Source: Squalus acanthias
Lineage: Eukaryota
NCBI GenBank assembly: GCA_030390025.1
Contig: CM059447.1
Location: 6,572,001 to 6,636,000 of the forward strand
Length of the DNA: 64,000 nucleotides
Reading direction: 5' to 3'
Shown here piece by piece: positions 11,531 to 24,386 of the stretch. How positions within the stretch are numbered: position 1 is the stretch's first letter; each line of letters starts with the position of its first letter. Under the pieces are notes generated by a model that ran no database searches, had not been told where the DNA came from, and was given only the letters and a program-made list of their open reading frames with translations. The translations under genes were made by a program, and so were the position numbers.

Positions 11531-13250
11531 AAGGCTTTTTTAAAATTCCCACAACTTGCAGTTTCTCTTTTTATCATTCCTTATTAGAGATAGTCTGACA
11601 GGACAAATCCAGTAGAGCCAACACATCGCATTATCCTCATCAAATAACTAACCCATTCTGTATTGCAAGTATGATCTGCAAGTTGCATAGCTACCAAAGC
11701 ATTTTAAAATTCCTTTTCTTTCCTACATACCCAGAACCAACCATGTACAAAGGTACACTTTTTCCCCCATTTGAGAAATCTGAAAGTAGGGTGGCTAAGA
11801 CAATTCTATAGCTGAGTAATATCAGTGATATGAACCCACCTACAGGGGACTTTCCTGACCTCAGTATTAAAAATGCCCTCATTTAACAAGCTCCTCCACA
11901 GTGCACCATTGTCACCAATTTCATCCAAGACTAAATGAATGCCTCAGAATAATTCAAATCAGTTGCTGCAGTTGTCAACCAAACCACTAACTGGGGCATC
12001 ATCTGCTCCCCAGGAATGGGAAAGGAAATATTGGGTCATGGACGAGAACTTCTACTAACCAATTCCCAACAGATAACCTGCCAAAAGCCAAGCTGCAGCA
12101 ACAGTCTCCTAGCTGCAAGATAATGGGGTAAAGGCTAGTAGCGGCTTATTAAGAAGGGAACTGAAGAGAATAAGGGAATCAATACATAAACAGAATGTTA
12201 GGTACTTAAGTATAACGTTGATTTGCATTTAATGAAGATATGTACTGCAATAGTGTCGAAACTGAAGACTAAATTACACCTTTCTCGTGGTCAGTGACTA
12301 AGAAACCAACAGCTTTTTGCTTACCTTGACATTTAGAGATTGGTATTCATTCACTGTTTAAAATGGCAGTGTGTTTACAACTGTCAGCTGCAATACAGAA
12401 ATCATCCCAACAGCATTTCACAATTCTCCTTTTATATAGGTGCAATACCATTTGTCAGGACTTCATAAGCACCGACAATATGGGATTACTAAAGGAGGTT
12501 AGTCTGTAATTAGCTTAATTATATGAACGTTTGCATCAACAACAAAAGTAAATTGTCAGGCCCATAAGAGGTGCGCTTGTTTCTATCTGATCAGAGACCC
12601 AGCAAAACCTCTGGGAGTAACTCCAACTGTTTGGAAAAAAACCTGCGACCAATTTCAGGGGGAAAAAACCTCTTGGGGAAACTGATCCCTAAGGAGATCA
12701 AACAAAAGACCCTGTTTCTCATTATGTGCTCGACAAGCTTATCCAACTCATACCCCCTCTCCCTCGCCACCTCACCAATATGCCACCTCGTGAGTGGGAA
12801 GTGGGAAGAGGCAGAGGAATTCCCTGAAAAATTTATCGCCTAGTCAGCAAGATGTTCATATTGAAGCAGATATGATTCATAAAGTCAGTCCCCCCCCCCC
12901 CCCCAAGTAACAATGCTGCACTAGCACAAGTAGTCGTGTAGTTGAAAACTAGTAAAACCAATTTGGACTATGGCAGGCAGAACAGGGCAGCCCTCGAGCT
13001 GAGAAGCCAACTGGGCATGATTGCATGATATTTTTTTCTGTCACATAGCTCTAAAAACAGAAGTATAATTAGATAAACTGAGCTGCAGAGTAAAAGAGAA
13101 CTCAAAATACACCATTATACTGCTCAAGAATTTTATTCATGGATAAAAATAGATTAAAATATTCAGCTTTTTTTTTTTAAATATAAACAGTTTCAAATAC
13201 ACTAAATAGACTTTGAGGTCTAAATCATTGACAAAATCATCGATACTTAC

Positions 13251-13499
13251 AGAACTGTGACCCAATCCACCTCCAACAAAAGGTGCAAGTTCTGGTGGTA
13301 CGGGCAGAGGTTTAGCACCAGGAATGGGGTCCGATATGATCAGCCCTGATTTGGTGGTAGCAACGGGTTCAGAGATGAGGGTGCCTCCATTGCCTGCAGA
13401 CATCTGCTGCACCAATAACATTGCACGGTCAGGAATCTTGGCTGGATCGCTACAAGACTGTTGCCAGCCAGGAAGCTTTTGTGTTACCATATCCTTGCC
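13251..13499 (-). CDS. BAIAP2: IRSp53/BAIAP2-family exon 8 equivalent, end of IMD plus partial CRIB/proline-rich motif
   Basis: 249 nt, TTTTACAG / GTAAGT; GKDMVTQKLPGWQQSCSDPAKIPDRA...IISDPIPGAKPLPVPPELAPFVGGGLGHSS; ISDPIPGAKPLPVPPELAPF is the IRSp53 Cdc42-binding motif. Confidence 0.95.
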
Positions 13500-14105
13500 C
13501 TGTAAAAGAAAAACAATTGAGTGATTACTTCAGATGAATCCAGAGAGTAGAACACTTCAAGGGTCTTAATTTAATCAATTTTAGAGAGAACAAGATGGCC
13601 TCTTTCTGTGCTGTAAATTTCTATAATTCTATGACAAAAATCTAAAAAAAAGTGAATAAAATACCATGAATATTAAAAATTGAGCAAAATTGGCTGAGAA
13701 AAAAAAGTAAAATTTAAATCTGATAGAAGGAGCTATTCCATTAAAATACAATCAATGTTTCTGCAAAATTTGATTGCCTTAATTCCCCACAGCCTCTCTT
13801 TATGTATAGTCACGGCTACTGACTCTTTACAGTGCTTCGCAGCCACAGTCAGCTGAATGATCGCCAATGGCCTGAGTACTTAGAGACTTGCAGCTTTGAA
13901 GATGCTAGCCCTTTTTATACAAAGTGCACAAAGCAGATGTGCTGTAAACTTACCTAATTGCTCAGGCAATTTCAGTCAACATGCCAAATCTATTCATACA
14001 AATAAATAAAACACAGTTCCACTAATAGTATGTTAAACAAAATTGTTCTTTACTATATATTTGTGTTGCTGAATATCCTTTGCATTCTTTAATGCAACTT
14101 TAATG

Positions 14106-14381
14106 CAGTTAAGAATCAACCACATTGCTGTGGGTCTGGAGTCACATATAGGCCAGACCGAGTAAGGACGGCAGATTTCCTTCCCTAAAGCACATTAGTG
14201 AACCAGATGGATTTTTACAACAATCTGGTAGTTACATGGTCACCATTACTGATACTAGCTTTTTTATTTAATTAACTGAATTTAAATTCCCCAGCTGCCA
14301 TGGTGGGATTTGAACTCGTGATCATTAGTCCAGACCTCTGTATTACTAGTCCAATAACATAACCGCTATGCTACCGTTCCC
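14106..14381 (-). mobile_element. 5' half of tRNA-derived SINE, same family as 5620-6106
   Basis: High similarity by eye to the reverse complement of 5620-5912. Confidence 0.85.
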
Positions 14382-14894
14382 TGCAATTGGCCTCTGCACC
14401 CTGGGTTGTGAAAAACAGCCAGGGCCCTTGCTCCGAATCATTGTCCAATAAACTCACGCAGATAGCGCATGTGTATGCGATCAGGTGAGGACTGAATCAG
14501 ATTTGGCTGCAATACCCTTCAGGCTCAAGTACCCTGCTGACACTCACTGTCAAGGTGCCTACATAAACATTTGCCACTTGGGTGAAATAGTGGAGGACCA
14601 CTAGCTCCCACAGTACTGTACGCCTTCAGGAGAGGCAAGGACAATGAGGAAATTGGCAAGGAAAAAGCAAGGTAACTAAATTACAATTTACTATACTTTC
14701 AGCAACATAGGAAAGGAAGCTAATGAAAAGAAATAGAGTCACATTTTTCTTCAGGATATCCAATACAAAAATCTACTGTGGTGTTATTCACCTGATATGG
14801 GTGTGTACGACTGCAACTAAAACAGCTCACAATTATTTATGAGGCACCAACCTTTTAATATCAAGGTAACTTTAAACATTATAACTGGAACATT

Positions 14895-15200
14895 GTGTGG
14901 TACTGAGCAATACAGATCAGGAAGAACCCAAATTTGAACCTTGGTCTCTGCTCAGCTAGCTGATCTCATCCAGGATGACAGTAGGACATTACAATTGTCC
15001 TCGGTCTCCCTAAGCTCAAAAGAGGAAACATAAATAACCCAGGGTTCTTGCTCCCAATTGCGGGAAGATGTGAATGGGTAGGCATCGGTTGAGGACAGAA
15101 TCACGCTCAGCTGTGATGCCCCCCTGCTGACACTCATTAGAGTTTATATGAAGAATGGTCAATTGAGTGAGCTAATAATGGAGTGGCATCTGTGGGACAA
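14895..15200 (+). repeat. Old interspersed SINE-like repeat (unnamed); related copies near 14385-14640, 29540-29740, 45420-45480, 50700-50940 (-)
   Basis: Shared motifs tacaattggcc, aaatcagccagggt, gaggacagaatc..gctcagctgtgatgcc between copies. Confidence 0.55.
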
Positions 15201-15359
15201 ATTATCACCTTTAGTTGAGGAGGAGAGAAACGTGAAACAAAAAATATATATATTTAAAAAACACTTACCTGTTTCTTTATTCCTCTCTGAACATTTTTGA
15301 AAAGCTGCAATGTTGTGGTTTAGATTTACTTAATTTGAAAGGATTAGCAAATTACTTAC

Positions 15360-15512
15360 CCTGCTGTGGTACACCATGTTATTCTTGGCAACTGCACACT
15401 GCCTTTCTACTAGAAAGCAGTACCGCCTACGTTCCTCACTCAATGCCGTTTTGAAACCGGATCCGACGTAGGTCTCCAGATCAGACTGCTTTTTGCTTAT
15501 TGTCTCCACATA
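15360..15512 (-). CDS. BAIAP2: IRSp53/BAIAP2-family exon 7 equivalent, IMD domain
   Basis: 153 nt, TTCTGCAG / GTAAGT; YVETISKKQSDLETYVGSGFKTALSEERRRYCFLVERQCAVAKNNMVYHSR. Confidence 0.95.
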
Positions 15513-17646
15513 CTGCAGAAATTAGGGGAGAGAAGAGAGAAAAAATAAAATAAAAACATTTAAGAAATGATGAACAAACTGTAGATTCCCAATCTGAAAT
15601 ATAAACTAAAATTTGTGATTACTCAGTATAAAGTCAGATCCACATTTTTGACCTGAGCTCACATTCAAACCATATGATCTTATGTAAAGTGGTAATATAA
15701 TAATGGTGAATTAATGATAGTGGTTTAATAAGATCACTTGCATGGGTATATTTACCCAGTGTGACCTCACAATATACAAGGTACTTTATAGTCAACAGGC
15801 TAAATGGCAACTGTAGCCATCGCTAGGAATGGTTTTCATACATGTCATTTCCCGAGAGGGGTTTTTATGACAGTCCAACAGTTCTCGTGGCAATTTTTTT
15901 TCTGGTGCTGGGTCACTAATTATTAGATTTATTGAATTCAATTCACAGCTTGCTACAGTGGGATTTAAATTCACAACTTCTGGATTGTTAGCATAGTGTG
16001 CATATTTCTATACAGAATTACAATACTGCCTAAAACGTTTGGTTGAAGACTAATAAACTCAGTAAAAAGGATGAACCAACCCTTTATGATTACGCCTCTC
16101 TTCCTGAAAAATGTACTAAATTATAGCACAAATTACCAGTCATTCTCCTGCCACTGTTAATTGCACACTACTTGTCAAACTTTTGTCACAGATTGTATAC
16201 TGTCAAAATAAGGCAATGCACCTATACCAAGATGTATTACAAAATATTTGCTAAAACACAAACACTAAAAAAAAGTAATGAGAAAATGGAATTTGTGACC
16301 AGTCTGCACTACAGTAGCAAAAAGTTACATTTTTAATAAATCAAAGTTATTAAAACAAATAATCACTGTAATGCTTCACATGAGGTACCACAGGATAGGC
16401 ATGCTGGAACTGGCTATTTGTTCTACTCGCTCATTAATGTGGGAGTGTGAATACATAGCCTAATTGAGAAACAGGAGTGGCAACAGACAGTGTGTTGAAA
16501 GTAATATAATATCTTTAATAAAAGGTAAAAAGTTAAGTAAACTTTAATAAAACATTCTTAACCCTCCCTCCAACACAAGCTGATTAAGCATTGGCACTTC
16601 AAACATGCTGTTCAACGGAATTAATGTTCCAATGATGTGAGGAGATAATTGCAAAGAAATCAGAGAGGTGCTCCCTGGGCAGGCCTCAAATGCCTGCTAC
16701 TTCTGGACCCACAAAAATAAGAACTGAAACTATGCTGTGCCTTTTACACAGAGGCCTCCAGCAGCCTTTTAAAGGATAGCTGGTTAGGCCAGCTCAATGC
16801 CTAGTACAACTAGATGGAGCATGCGTGGCGCAAGCTCCGTCTGTATGTACCCGAATTTCCCATTCAGGGTCCAATAATTGGCGTAGGAGGCCTGATTTGT
16901 ATTAAGGAGCCAAATGCACATTTCAGGCAGGCGCGCCAGATAACTAAAAGTCGCCCAAGCCAATATGGTGCCTGCTGCAATTCTGGCATGACAGATCATG
17001 CCGTGAAATTCGGAGGCCTGATCACCGATTTTACACTGGAAAAACGGGTGACCGTGATTTGAATTTCTCCTCCAACTTATTTACTGCTAGTTGTGGTTTG
17101 ATGGTTATATCATTCAATAGGCGTGAAAATTGAAGTTTTTGAAATAGAGAACACCAATAACTGGCTTGATCTTGTATGCTAACTTTTGACATTCTCATAA
17201 GATTTATCAAACTAATCTGTTTAAATTCTTGCAATTGATGAATACAATCCTCTAAATTAACAGAACTGACCTCAGCTTAACTGCACAACTCCATTAGGTT
17301 CTTCATCAGTTACTTGACTTAAGATCCTCAAGTAAAATGTTCACCAAAATTACTGTCTATATTAATGTTTTACTCTATGCTTTCGATCATGGTTCTTGAA
17401 ATATAGAGAACAAGCTTCTTGTAATAGTTTAAAGGGTAATGAAATGCAATTGTCAAATCCAATTAAAAGTACCGAATTTTATTTTACAGACTTTATATTC
17501 AAATTATAAAAATAAAGGTACATTGAATGAAGATGTATGAAGCTAAGCATAATTTGTCTATTTATGGACCAAAAAGTATTTATATGAGTGGCAAATGATA
17601 AAATTACTTTAAAATGCATAATATGTTAGATATAATATATATTATT

Positions 17647-17750
17647 AGTTTTGATGAAAGGTCATTGACCTGAAACGTTAACTCGGTTTCTCTTTCTCCA
17701 CAGATGCTACCTGACCTGCTGAGTATTTCCAGCATTTTCTGTTTTTATTT
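17647..17750 (+). mobile_element. Penelope-like terminal-repeat fragment with minimal type I hammerhead-like motif
   Basis: agtt-tTGATGA-aggtc att gacct-GAAAC-GTT-aact followed by cagatgctacctgacctgctgagtatttccagc. Confidence 0.65.
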
Positions 17751-18446
17751 ATAATATATTAGATGTTTAGTTGTTTACTAAAACAGCTACTCCAAGGATC
17801 TATCAATTTCTGTTGGAATAAGTTGCACAAAGGCTGGGCGCCAACAGTTGGCTGGCTCGTGGCCAAATATGAATCTTAAGAGTTTTCAATAAAAAATGAA
17901 TTGAACCTCGCACAAAAAAAAGCTTTTCTCTGGCGCAATGCCAACTAACTTTGCATAAAAGCAACAATTAAAGCTTTCAGAAGGTCAAGGAAGGAAAAGA
18001 GAGCAGTTAAGATTTACGAGTACAAGAACAATGTCTTCTCACTTCTGAGAGCTAAATCTAAAACTAGTCCCTTACTGCAGGAAAAAAAATTATCTTTCTT
18101 TGCTGGCTTCAAAGTGAAATAAACTTGAAAAGTCTAAATCCAGTTTACTAGAAAATGTGTACAGTCTATAAAACTACCGAAATATAGTAGAAATTAACAG
18201 GAAAAAGAAATCGCACTTAGTATCTACTAGGATGGATGAAATGAGAAATAAAACATTAACACCAGTATAGCAGGTACTGACTGAGTAAAGAGAAAGTTAG
18301 TGTGCATCTAACCATGCTCTACACAACATGGGACTGTTCAATACCAATACTGACATGTCAAAAGTATAACTGTTCCATTCTCCAATCCAGACCACTAACT
18401 TTAGCGACCACATGACTACAAGAGGGGGAAAAAGGCTGAAGATACA

Positions 18447-19138
18447 GGCCCATAATTTGCAGTCAGCGGCGATGCGACGGCGATCGTCGCTGACCTCAAA
18501 GAAAACGGCCCACAGAGATCTTGCGATTTAGGTTTCTCGACGTGTAATTGATTGCAGCACTGTCAATAGGGGATTCCTAGCACGATTCAGCAGTGACATC
18601 ATCAAGCTGTTTAAGCAGCCAATCACATTAAAGAATTCTGAGAGAGCAAACCAGGAAATGAAAAGCACTGATTATCTGCACTTGTTAAAAATGTTGCAGA
18701 GTGAAATAAAGATTGGGACATACACATGGGGTTAAGGTAGGAGCTGAAATATCATGAAAAAACTTCAAAAAATGTTTTAAAATCATAATTGAGAAATTTG
18801 ACATTCCACAAATATAAAATTTAGTTATTCAGGGTCAGAACTGTTGTTCAGCAATCAATACGCTACTAAAACCCCAGTTACACCTATTCCAACAAGGCTT
18901 AACATTTAATGGGGGTGTTTAACAGCGATATTAGCGTGGAAAAGCTAACATTTCTGTCAGTTCCGCTGATTGCCTGACTATGGGCGGCAGAGGGGTCCAC
19001 AACGCAGCGTGCGTCAGAGCAGCGATTTTCGCGTTTAGATGCGCATGCGCTAAATCCTTAAGTTATGGTCCATTTCGGAGGGGTAATGACGGCGAACACT
19101 GACGGTTTGCCGTCATTGCCCACCGCAAAATCCGGGCC
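18447..19138. mobile_element. Non-autonomous DNA transposon (MITE, PIF/Harbinger-like ends)
   Basis: Imperfect TIRs GGCCCATAATTTGC / GCAAAATCCGGGCC, CpG-rich subterminal hairpins, AT-rich centre. Confidence 0.65.
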
Positions 19139-22100
19139 ATTATTTCCTTTATTAAGGTATTAAAGTATGACCACAGAGTAAATAGAAATGTGATGAAAGT
19201 CAGTGCTGTATTAAAATAGAGTAGTGAAGAAAAAGCCAACACTACTCTATTCTTGGTTAAGATTAATATTTACCAAAGGAGGATTGGCAAGACAAAATAA
19301 TTCCTTTGAAATTTCATTGATGGATGAAAGTAAACTCAATATTTTAATCAAAGGACGTCACCACAATAGTACATCCCTCGGTTATGTACTGTGGAGGAAG
19401 GATTATGACTTAGAAATATGTAGCTAAGTCGAGGCCTCCAAGAGATTAAGTTTATTTGGGATTTGGCAGTGAACAAAAGCAAGCTGTGGATTTAGATTTA
19501 AAACCGAAGTGTTTTCCTGATGTTAATTAAAGTGCTTTTGCTTTCAGCGATCAAAGACTAATCTTGCTATGATCAAAGACGTACCTCAAGTTCTTACTCA
19601 GGTTTCAAAAAAAAGTAGTTGAGCAAGTCATCAGCTTTGAACCCAATCAAGGTACACTTGGAAATCAGGAGCTGAAACAGTTAAATAGTGGAAGGGACGG
19701 ATAAAGCCGCACCCTGCACACACAACGCTCCAGGATGGATTCACAAGGAAGCTGGGCATAACCACAGTGAGAAGCTGTTAACAGAAACAGGTTATGCAAA
19801 CAAGTATTGAATGAAGATATCTGCAATCATCAGCATCGTGCAATACCCTGACTAAAATGTGCCAAAACAAGCAGAACTCTCATCATACATGCTCATTTGC
19901 ACTCATAACAACCCTATACATTTGCTCTGAAGGACACTGCATTTTTACCTTCACAGAAAATGTAAGTGGTATTTTATCTTGAAATTTGTGTGTTGATCTT
20001 CAATTATTGCAGGGAAATGTCATTTTCCATGACTCACTACTGTATTCCAATACAAATGTGCTGATGATGGGCTGTTGCCATAGCTACAGGAAATAGGTCA
20101 TACCAGAAATTCTTTTCATAGTTGGGGACAGCATTCCTTAAGGGGTGAAGCCTATGGATACTATGAACAGTTAAACCAAACCCACAGTAACACCAGGCTG
20201 ACAATGGTTATATTATCAGTTGCTCACAAAACAGAGAACAAATAATGTTATTTAAAAAATTATAATATGTTCCTTAGGACACTAGGACTATATCAAACAT
20301 GCTGCACTCATTTTGTGACTCACTGTCCATCAGAGACAGTTACTGTATACTTAATGTCTATACAAAATCTAACATGTCATATTCAAACCCTGCTCTCACT
20401 TCATATAAGCAATTATCACCTGCGCTGGTGTAATGCTGCCCCCTCTGCTCAGGAGGATATTCTTTATACTTTAATATGGTATTTTAATTGTAATATTTTA
20501 GGCCCTTATCTAAATGTTTGTGTGTCATTGGACGCCTGGTACCGTAAGGCATTTTGGTTGCAACAGAGGCAGGCAAGTTGGTGGCCAATTCCCTCCTCCT
20601 GTACAGTCTAATCCCATCGTCTCAGTAACCCCGGGGAATGGAAGGAGAAAGAGAGAAGCAATTTTTTTTTTATTTTATTTTTTTTTTTTTTTAAAACTTA
20701 TGTAGTCGGCAAGAGCTGCTTTAATGAACTTTCTGCAAAACTAAATATGATCTTTAGCTGTACTTCTTCAGGTTTTAATTACAGGTTCAGTTAGATGCTA
20801 TTGGAAAAATCTTAAACGCAGTGTGAAACAATAAAAGTAATCAGTATCATTCCCATTCAGCGTCTGGAGAATTCCACATAAAACTGAATGACAAATGATT
20901 TTTAAAAACACGTTGATTTTTTACAGCACTACTAAGTTCAATCTAAATTGGTTGCAAAGCTTTATATCCTCAATCGAACCCCTAAAATATAGAGAATGAG
21001 ATTACTGCTTCCAGTCTGGAGTTTACACTTAAGAGCACCAATTCCTTAGGTCAGTAAGTGTTGGATGTTTTAAGAAAAATAATGCCGTTTTAAATCATCA
21101 GTGTGAATTCCGCACTTATCACACATCAGAAAAGGTGCAGCTAATAATTACCATACAAACTAACCATATGCAAATCCGCGCTGAGCTGGAGCAGCAGTCG
21201 GGGCATAACGCCTCTAGACTAGGAAAGGTAATTAAAATAAATCATCAGTGTGTGCGTGCGTGGACAGAATCAGGCTTGGCTGTACCGCCCAACACAAACT
21301 GAAAAACCTGCCGACACTCGCCGTCAAGTCTCGTACATAAAGAATGACTACTTAGATATGGCAAGGCTCTGACCACTCATGGAACTGTACATCAGCAAGA
21401 CTCAGCATCTTCAGAGGAGAAAGAATGGAAATTGGAAAGGGGGGGGAAAAAGAGGGAGAGAGGGGGGAGGAGGGAGGGGGGAGGGATTTGTTCCAAAAAA
21501 AAAGGAATATGAAAGGGAGGTGCAATATTATGCAGTGATAAAGTTATTGCAGAAGTACAAATTAATGCTTGTTCAGATTGTGCATATACAATTACAGCAG
21601 AGATCTGTACAGAACAGCACGGGGGCACTGATCCAAGTCAACAGTGACGTAAATTCAGAGAACATCCAATTCCCTCACCCCATACCCAAACATCGACATT
21701 CATTTGCAGCAGTTGGTATATTTGGCACTGCCTAGCACTAATCATCTCTATTTCTCAGTTTCAACAATATTACAAGATGTGTGTTGAAAGTAACATTAAT
21801 CAGATTGGACAACTACGATGCATTTTTATGCTGCTCTATCACTGGCACAGAAACTGCAGGCCACAACTGCACTCTCGTTTCTGACTGATGACTGTTCAAA
21901 TGCCAGTTCCTAAAAAGCAGCTGTCAAATTTGGAGTGGTATCACAACAATCTGCTAGACAGCTTCAACTCCCAGGTGAAACCGTCATCTTTTGATACAAA
22001 AAAGTAATTCTGGAAAGCACGCAAACCAGTCCACAATGCAGCTGAGCAACTCAGAAATTGCACATTTGATTAATTTAGTATAGCAACCTTATTACAATGC

Positions 22101-22249
22101 AACAAAAATCTGCAGTGCAAAGTAATATACTTTTAATGAAAATTAAGATGAAAGAAGCAAAACTTTTACAAAAAAGGTGCCATCCATTTGGACAGATAAG
22201 TGAGAAATACCCACTACTGTGTGGTTTACAAGGTAGCTGGAAAAACAAT

Positions 22250-23875
22250 GGGGGGAATTTTCCAGGGGGGGTCAGTGGGCGGGATCGGTGGCAGGTCGGG
22301 TGGGAAAGTGTTTTTTTTTTGACAGCGGGTCGGGACCCCACTGTCAACCCGCCGCCACGCGCCTTTACCAAAAGTTGGGTCGGTCAGCACTGAGCAGACC
22401 AGACATGCAGCGGCAGGGGAGGCAATTCAGGTCATTGTGACCTTGTTAACAGAAGAACAACAACAATTTTGAGCTCACCTTTAGAATTTACCAGCTCGCC
22501 CACGGGGTCCATGCTGCTCGGCGATCACGACCGTTAAGCTGGGCGCGAGTTGAATGGCCATGGAATCATATTACTTGACAGCTTGAAATGTGCTATAAAA
22601 GCTCCCATTTCACAGCTGTTCACTTTCCAAGCTCAGAAGCTGTTGCTTACTGCATTAGGAAGGCAGATTGAGCTTTATGCAGGTTTGGAGTAAACTCTCT
22701 ATCCAGTGTCACCTCATTGGAACACCTCTCACCACTGACAGATCGCTTGTCATCTCAAGGTCACCTGCCATCTATTCCATCAGCATGGGTATGGTGTATA
22801 CTCTCTCACCTTGGTCCTCAGAATCTGACCACAATCAGCCACAACACCAGCATCACCAGGAACACCAGCAGCACCAACAACCACACCAACCTTCTCCGCA
22901 ATCACCTGATGCTGCACAGGACAGAGGCATCAGCACCCGACCACATTGCTGTCTGGAACGCCAAGGATGGCCTCACCATGGCCACATTTACTTCACTTGA
23001 CGCTGTACACCCTGGCTGCCACATGATGCCAGGTTGGCACCACCCCATACCAACAACATAAAGCATCCCTACGATGCCCAAGCCATTCCTTTCACACTCA
23101 TCAGCTTTGCAGGGGGGTACTGTTATGTGTCACCATTCACTGCAACTCACTAAGCCACTTCCAAAGGTGCACACAAATCTGTCCAAGAACGGAAAGTGTT
23201 GAAAATAAAGATTTCAATGTTTGACAGATTTCAATGTTTGACAGCACATTAACAGAAACTTCACATGAACACTGGCTAAAACACACAAGTGCCTAATGTA
23301 GATAGAGAGGGATGGGTGGAGGTGCAAGGTAAATTGGTGTGAGTAAGGATGTGCAGGAGTAGGGAAGGCAGAGTGATAGGGATGTGATAAGTGGCACAGC
23401 AGGATGAAGTTGAGTGTGGCTTTGCAGTAACGTTTCGTGATAAACTGAGATCAATGAAAGGTTTGCGCTACTGCAGCCTGGTCCTCCTGACGACATCCCT
23501 GTTTGTGCCCTCCTGTGCAATGTGCAACCAGGCTCAATGGAAGGGAAGAGAACCTCCCTGCGTGCTGTGACTCCCTCCATAAGCATATGGAGGGAGTCAT
23601 GGGAGAGCCTGCACTGCACCTCTGTGTAATGCTGGTCAGTGTTTGCAGCACAAATGTCAAAGTAAATTTGCACATGGTCCCTTTAAGGAAGCCGGCTGAT
23701 GACGCGTCCTCAAATGGCATCATCAGACCCGCTTCCTTCAATTGGCTGGGAAACGCGCTGGGCGGGCTTAACAAGCCCAATCAGGGGAAAGTCATGTCGG
23801 AGTCTGGGATGGAGCCAGCAGAGAGGCCGCGACCTGCCACCGACCTCTCCCGCCCAGGCTGGGGAAATCGTGGCC
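22250..23875. mobile_element. Internally deleted PIF/Harbinger transposon
   Basis: AAT on both flanks (3-bp TSD), imperfect TIRs GGGGGGAATTTTCC / GGAAATCGTGGCC, Myb/SANT-like remnant RLSHDSLHMLMEGVTARREVLFP on minus strand. Confidence 0.7.
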
Positions 23876-24386
23876 AATGACCTTGTTCTGTGCTTTGCAC
23901 TGAACTCAAAATAAATACCATCCTTTTGATTTTGCACACCCCATCATTAGCAAGAATATAAATATAAACACAGAAAATCCATTTACAGAATCTTCGCAAA
24001 TGCAACCATTGGTCACAGAAATACTCATACTGTACATGAACCCACTTGGATTAAATACTCAATCTGAAGCTTCATTAAATGGTAGGCTAGTGATGTTGGA
24101 CTGGTGCTCCAGCGTGCTGTAGCATGCAGTGTTATGACATGGGTTCACACCCATGATTCCCACATTAGTGATCTCCCAATTTTAGCTGTGCCATCAGGGA
24201 GGTAGGTAACCTGCCCCATCAGTGGGAAAATGTTATGTAGCTTATAAGAATTCTTTGAAGAAATAACAGAGGATAGATGTGCAATGGGTGTAGTTCAGAT
24301 GGATCTTCAGAAAGCTTTTAATAAAGCACTGTATAAGACATTACAACAGTATAATATAAATACAATGACATTCCTACAGTGACTAT

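Noticed and set aside
21120-21256. C/D box snoRNA-like arrangement on the minus strand (TGATGA...CTGA with CACACA/TGTGTG stem)
   Set aside because: C box lacks the purine, kink-turn spacing is non-canonical, and I see no rRNA/snRNA guide complementarity
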